DNA of 40,705 nucleotides. It comes from a virus. Taxonomy: Duplodnaviria; Caudoviricetes. The first letter of the stretch is position 1. Every line of letters starts with the position of its first letter. The stretch spans positions 1 through 40,705 of IMG/VR virus record IMGVR_UViG_3300037634_007921; one strand, written 5' to 3'. Below are positions 36,701-40,705 of the stretch, one piece after another. Under the pieces are notes generated by a model. That model had not been told where the DNA came from. It made no database searches and saw only the letters and a list, made by a program, of their open reading frames with translations. Both the position numbers and the translations under genes were made by a program.

Positions 36701-39700
36701 TCCGAGAACGCTAATGCTCCCGAAAGTTCTCTGGGCAAAATTGATCTTGGCGCGTTTATGAACAGCAGTTCCCGATCGGGTAGCGTCAAAAGAAGTAAGA
36801 GTTTTAGTACAATCTCGGCTCAAACCTCTTTGTCTTTAAAGGAATACACGAAGTTGCTGGACGACATCTCGGCCGCCTTCACTATTAATGAGATGGTTTC
36901 ATTGTTGAGGGAGACAGGCTCAAGCCGTCTTCATACAAAATTGCTTGGGCTACTCCAATCTCTGCAGTATCTTAAAGACACACAGTTTCATGAAGATTAT
37001 GTTAACGAAGACGGTGTATACAGTTTTGTTGCTCTTTTGGCCAAAGACATCGACCCGGCACTGCTTATTGCTGCGCGAAACGACTACAACAGGCAGAAAA
37101 AGATAATTTTAAATCTCTGCGGGACAACAAATGAAGATATCAAAAGGCTCGAATTATCCAAATATATGACCCCAGAAGAGCTTATGAAGGCCATGGCAGA
37201 CGCTAACGCAAACCGCCGCAACCTTTTAAACCAGGCGCTTAATAACGTAGGCGATATTCTCGGCGGCCCCATCACACCCGCCCAGTTCTGCTCGGACAAC
37301 GACAATGAGAGCAGAGCGTCTATTACCCCTTATCATGAATCTCAGAAGTTTGCGAGCGTACAGGCAGCGACAGCCATTTTTGGAAATGTCGAGAACCTCT
37401 TTGAAGTAGAAATTGCACGTATTAAAAATATTTACCGAGAATTATACAAAATAGCGGTTCCCCGTGGTGCCAACGCCTTGGTGCCTCTTTATACTGCGAA
37501 CCGAATTCCCGATAGCGAGAGCGGACCAGAAGCGATAGATGCGTTCCGAGACGCCTTAGAAGAGACCTCTAGAATCGGCAAATCTGGCCTCGCTGCGCCG
37601 GCGCTCCAACGCGCTATTATTTCTCTAATAAACCCCGAAGACCCCGAAGCCAAGACGGGGATTTTCTCTGTATCTCCAGACGGCCAACAAATCGTATTTG
37701 ATTTTAACGCAAATCTGCTTCCTGGAGGGGGAATAATCGACAAAAACATCCGGATGTTCTACTCGGACGCACCCATCTCCACATACACCACCGGTCTAGC
37801 TGGGAAGCTTCTCGCTGCTCCGACAATGCAAGCAGGGGCGTACCTAAATGCCCCACCGGAAGAGAGCCAATTTTCTTGGCTTGTTGGCTCTGATTGGTCA
37901 GACGAAGAGGCGCTCAAGTGGGGCAGTGCGGTCACTAATGCATACGAGCAGATCTGGGAAGGGAGGACCATACTGCCAAAAAATAAAACGTATAATGTAC
38001 CCACTGGTCCGAACACGCAAAAGACTATTGCCAGTAAAGAAGGAATCTCAGACCAGTGTCGCGTCAAGTATGAGGAAGCAAAGGCGATGGTCACGGCATA
38101 TTATAATCAGTCGGACAGTGAGAAGCTCCGAAAGGCTATGTATGTGTATTACCACCCCCAAGAGCCAACCAAGCTGTGGATTCCGGAACCTGCCATCCTC
38201 CCCTTCGCGGAATACCTTCCCGACGAAGACGAATACAAAGCCTTTCAAGTGTTGCTTGAGTCTCCCGCCGTCGGTGAATTGCCGCCTTTGGTTACGGACT
38301 ATAAGGAGGCTTTTGAGAAAAGTGCTAACGACATCGCCTCGAAGACGGATTTGTGGACAAAAATTACTTACGAAGATTGGGAGGTTATGGGGGTTGTTTA
38401 CGGCGAAATGGTTGCTTGGTTGAACGGCGGACCCATGGACACGACCTATTATTCAGGAGTAGACGCCGCCCACGGAAGAAGCGTGTGGAAAGCCATCGAA
38501 AAGATGAAAGTAGAAAAAGAGCGTTGGGAAAAACTAAACGCAGTGTGCCTCTATCTTCATAACAACGCAGAGTCATGGATACCCGAATCCCCATCCAAGA
38601 TTAAAACAGGAGCACTGCTGGCTGCTCAGAACGTCACCGCCCTTGCTTTAGAGGCAAAAGAAGAAATGGAGCTTTATTTTCCAGACTCCCAAGAAGCAAA
38701 TATAATTTTAGGTGTTACTGAAGCTGGTGGGCGCCCACTCTATACCTATGCAACGGAAAAACCACCAGTTATAAAAAATTTCCAAACACAGTATGTCGCA
38801 GGATCTTTTTACGCAGGCCGCAAAACAAATGAACTCATCGATAGTAGATCGAAAAAGCTAGAAAGCTTTGTCGGAGCAAATAACCTTTATATCTCCGCTT
38901 TAAACGAGATGTTTCAAGACCTACTCACTTCAACTGCGCGGAATGGCCTCTTTCTGGACCAATTCACACCAGAAGGAGTGCCTCCCAATCCAAATCTTCA
39001 GATTTTCGAAAACTTGCGACTAACCAAAGTCATACCCCCTAACGCAGCCGGCGAATGCTTTTTAGGCTTCTTTAACCACAAGGTATTAAATGCTCAGGTT
39101 CAGAACCTGACTGATGCACTTAAATGCGTTAATCCCGGAGCAGCCCAGAAAAGCGCAACCAATTTAGCTTATGTTAAAGTTGCATTGGATTGCGTTGTGC
39201 GTTCAATTGTGGTGAAAGAGATGATGAAAAGTCTCTTTATATTTGGTTTCATTGATGTTGGCGATCACTACGCAACAGGGCTGGCCAAAGCAACCGCAGG
39301 CTCATCCACGAAGCAACAACCATTCTTTGAGGTTTATCTCTATGAGGAAATCGAAAGAGCCCTTGTGAAGCAATTCAAAACGGTTGCAGGTGGAGACATC
39401 GACGACTTTTACACTGAAGTCGTCGAAGAGTTTATTCGCGACATCTCTCGGGTTGTTTATCAAGATGAGACGATGAGCAGCAGAACCGCACTCGATATAA
39501 TTATCAGGGACCAGGTACAGTTTGTGAAGACCATTCTCCTCCGGGGCATGCCCAAAGCTCTCGAAAACACACCCGGGTACTTTGATAGGCGACTATTCCA
39601 ACAGGTGGGAGTAACCAATCCTGCCACAAAAGTCGGGACCACCAAGGGTCAAACTCACGTCCAACTACTGGATGTCATTGAAAAATCAGACCAGTTGAAG

Positions 39701-40705
39701 GTTTTGCAAAATGAGCAATTAACTCTTTATTTAAACACCATGGGTGCACCCTATGAAATCGATTTGACCGTTCCCCTGGAGGAGAAATCCGGCGGTGCCT
39801 ACACGGAGTCCCAACGCAGCGGCGTGGCGGTGGGTGGAACAGAGCCGGATGCGGAGACATATAGTACGACATTGAGATTTGATACCGCCGCAGACACCGC
39901 CGACCCCTCGGCTCCCACCCCAAATCAGTTTACGCTAATCAGAAGCCACAACGCACCGCTGCGGGATTTTCTAAAAGAACCCCAGTTCGTCACAACCTCG
40001 GAAGCAGATGAAGGTTCTCAAACATCCGCTTTTAACACCCTCAATCTTGAAGATGCTCTCGGAGGCGTCAACTCTGGTTTTGCAACTGAGAAGTTCGTGG
40101 AGCTAAACTATAATAGCGGCTTTTTTGCCAAGATGAGTGAAGAGCAAAAGACAAGATTGAGCGAAGAATTCGCAATGTGGGAGTCTCTCGCCACAAGCAC
40201 ACACCCCGCAGCTATCACCGTGTACGACATCGAGAACATCGCGGATGACAAAGCGGAAGCGATAGATAAGAGCAAAATACAGAAAAAAGAAGTAAGAGAT
40301 TTCCTAAACGAAACTAAATTAACACTCCTCATCCCTCAAATCAAACCTCTTTTGTACGGTTTGGGATCTGGCGGCGCCCTCCCCCTTGCAAATGTTGCCG
40401 CCAAGACCTGGGGTAATGAGACCCAAACGACTCAGCAAACCAACCGAATGCTTACCTTGAAAAGCCTCGCACCGCAATCCATCTTCTGGCAAGTGTTCCG
40501 GTATAATTTTGATCCGGATTTTTCGGCAGAGCAGAAGGTAGACCTTATGAAGATGTACCCCAATCTTGCCTGGGGAATGACAGGAAAGGTACATATCAAC
40601 GACTTTGAGAGTATGGTAAGTCAGTTTCTTTATCCGTTCATCCCGGAAGAGTTTTCTCCCAACGATCCAGAATTGTTTATAAACAACTCTTCAGCAGCTC
40701 GTTTT
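33716..40705 (+). CDS. Giant hypothetical (probable virion structural) protein, >2330 aa, 3'-truncated
   Basis: ATG 33716 after AAGGA (MPSPVIKMYAPDREPRFE...). The stretches translated by hand (first ~2.2 kb, around 36.4 kb, 39.7-40.2 kb and the last codons NNSSAARF) are open. The track lists no ORF in this frame, as expected if there is no stop in the window. Confidence 0.88.
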   Translation, partial: MPSPVIKMYAPDREPRFETYASFVQGRLGTHPNQYPYYNKLWRSEYIFRGPVASQDKPRKTPFVMFGMMEFDKNAADDVAKLDTSPKDGEYLMDTDLTKWAARLILKKFVIDLIKGGYLKAKTMDKLSAAAFNEIVKASTILNLQKRAPIFPEAPVTDVLYEVSILSSVFIRYANKKAIIETVPSEADQYAELIANQKKQEKHRKAKIETPRANSVKQPKSVQSAVPPGAVNLKKEMSKKRGVKVDKNVHDYYYVNYSLEGIKAFADTTAKVLVDLKNRIDGYGIVLEKPLNLSYQIDRLQYLQTAISTIAQQAYYPGSPTAPPSTMLNLKFDANFKLTDFMVGPARHPNSPILPFVPEDPKKQWPVDQYAAGIFKTAEEEAVYNRPDSLVNHEFFANATTNALIVHLKEIFVKYTVTASSPFRKAEDCEKFLRKYIYPTPYFVNFGVTKNVIEEFLIGDIRLLDDDFYKKSRPTKASISEMAKQNARAEVATQYEKIGDVLGDNFMTGKFEDIEDIDDLYKSVLNHISIPHLVKMSAQCLMQLVGLDELKRQFCRSAIMKYRSYQDEIVDAVASKGPAGERLAAQLSLAMETLDQGLQDGIASAAAHGAKKIGESISIGNHMSTWQKKESLELFLVDLEEQWAAKRALAAQQDNAADDTFFNPNIDNKIVRQARRIEALEMRIEEQTEREKLLGEEKIPANERELLGKYKTELWELTGEVEDLEKASQSIKKQVAGYRFLIQELIPILTHVNPFIKDGGRISGYGSHIGDASAAMYLFKTLDLAIDSGAGEAKDGTFVTHEYLRGYSLQMLGPAVLAQFQTAKKKLEPLGPWGEVDLKTQKKIFSTYMRPLVGLILEQINELDTGAMATFQKSFAMTGGKQVAEQTLDDIFNDPDDGLLVCAAIFAIVPAALYGLYYLTSNAEEISKKIGEDTEAVAQAAERRVEMFMRTDYPVMDILDGFKEAIYDLAMNLVRDLIVNGIMYIMRNLMAACSDSENANAPESSLGKIDLGAFMNSSSRSGSVKRSKSFSTISAQTSLSLKEYTKLLDDISAAFTINEMVSLLRETGSSRLHTKLLGLLQSLQYLKDTQFHEDYVNEDGVYSFVALLAKDIDPALLIAARNDYNRQKKIILNLCGTTNEDIKRLELSKYMTPEELMKAMADANANRRNLLNQALNNVGDILGGPITPAQFCSDNDNESRASITPYHESQKFASVQAATAIFGNVENLFEVEIARIKNIYRELYKIAVPRGANALVPLYTANRIPDSESGPEAIDAFRDALEETSRIGKSGLAAPALQRAIISLINPEDPEAKTGIFSVSPDGQQIVFDFNANLLPGGGIIDKNIRMFYSDAPISTYTTGLAGKLLAAPTMQAGAYLNAPPEESQFSWLVGSDWSDEEALKWGSAVTNAYEQIWEGRTILPKNKTYNVPTGPNTQKTIASKEGISDQCRVKYEEAKAMVTAYYNQSDSEKLRKAMYVYYHPQEPTKLWIPEPAILPFAEYLPDEDEYKAFQVLLESPAVGELPPLVTDYKEAFEKSANDIASKTDLWTKITYEDWEVMGVVYGEMVAWLNGGPMDTTYYSGVDAAHGRSVWKAIEKMKVEKERWEKLNAVCLYLHNNAESWIPESPSKIKTGALLAAQNVTALALEAKEEMELYFPDSQEANIILGVTEAGGRPLYTYATEKPPVIKNFQTQYVAGSFYAGRKTNELIDSRSKKLESFVGANNLYISALNEMFQDLLTSTARNGLFLDQFTPEGVPPNPNLQIFENLRLTKVIPPNAAGECFLGFFNHKVLNAQVQNLTDALKCVNPGAAQKSATNLAYVKVALDCVVRSIVVKEMMKSLFIFGFIDVGDHYATGLAKATAGSSTKQQPFFEVYLYEEIERALVKQFKTVAGGDIDDFYTEVVEEFIRDISRVVYQDETMSSRTALDIIIRDQVQFVKTILLRGMPKALENTPGYFDRRLFQQVGVTNPATKVGTTKGQTHVQLLDVIEKSDQLKVLQNEQLTLYLNTMGAPYEIDLTVPLEEKSGGAYTESQRSGVAVGGTEPDAETYSTTLRFDTAADTADPSAPTPNQFTLIRSHNAPLRDFLKEPQFVTTSEADEGSQTSAFNTLNLEDALGGVNSGFATEKFVELNYNSGFFAKMSEEQKTRLSEEFAMWESLATSTHPAAITVYDIENIADDKAEAIDKSKIQKKEVRDFLNETKLTLLIPQIKPLLYGLGSGGALPLANVAAKTWGNETQTTQQTNRMLTLKSLAPQSIFWQVFRYNFDPDFSAEQKVDLMKMYPNLAWGMTGKVHINDFESMVSQFLYPFIPEEFSPNDPELFINNSSAARF

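Noticed and set aside
33826-40594. Many short ORFs in the track, suggesting a non-coding or decayed region
   Set aside because: They are shadow frames of the single giant + strand ORF starting at 33716.
1-40705. Stop-codon reassignment
   Set aside because: TAA, TAG and TGA all end genes at tight junctions, and coding density is high under the standard code.

Overview
This window looks like part of a large tailed-phage (jumbo/myovirus-like) genome in the standard genetic code. It is densely coded and almost entirely on the + strand. From left to right: (1) acidic, probable head-associated proteins, including a 720-aa fusion of an ATP-dependent RNA-ligase-like domain with an NMNAT/cytidylyltransferase-like domain. 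(2) A near-consensus sigma70 promoter driving a Fis-type HTH gene whose last 12 codons and stop lie inside a complete one-piece tmRNA (3602-3954, tag ANDNVEFDYALAA). (3) An archaeal-type (class II) GAPDH-like gene, a minus-strand lipoprotein serine protease, PIN-PhoH, an HExxH peptidase and a Cas4/RecB-like nuclease. (4) A ~19 kb glycosylation island with 5 glycosyltransferase-like genes and an apparent pathway to a deoxy, possibly C4-branched, heptose. (5) A gp55-like sigma factor, gp5-like amidase and spike genes, and a >2330-codon ORF missing from the ORF track that runs off the right end. The most striking candidate system is the HTH gene/tmRNA overlap: 5' maturation of the tmRNA would turn the HTH mRNA into an in-frame non-stop message, which is the substrate of tmRNA itself. 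All family assignments come from motif recognition by eye; no database searches were run.
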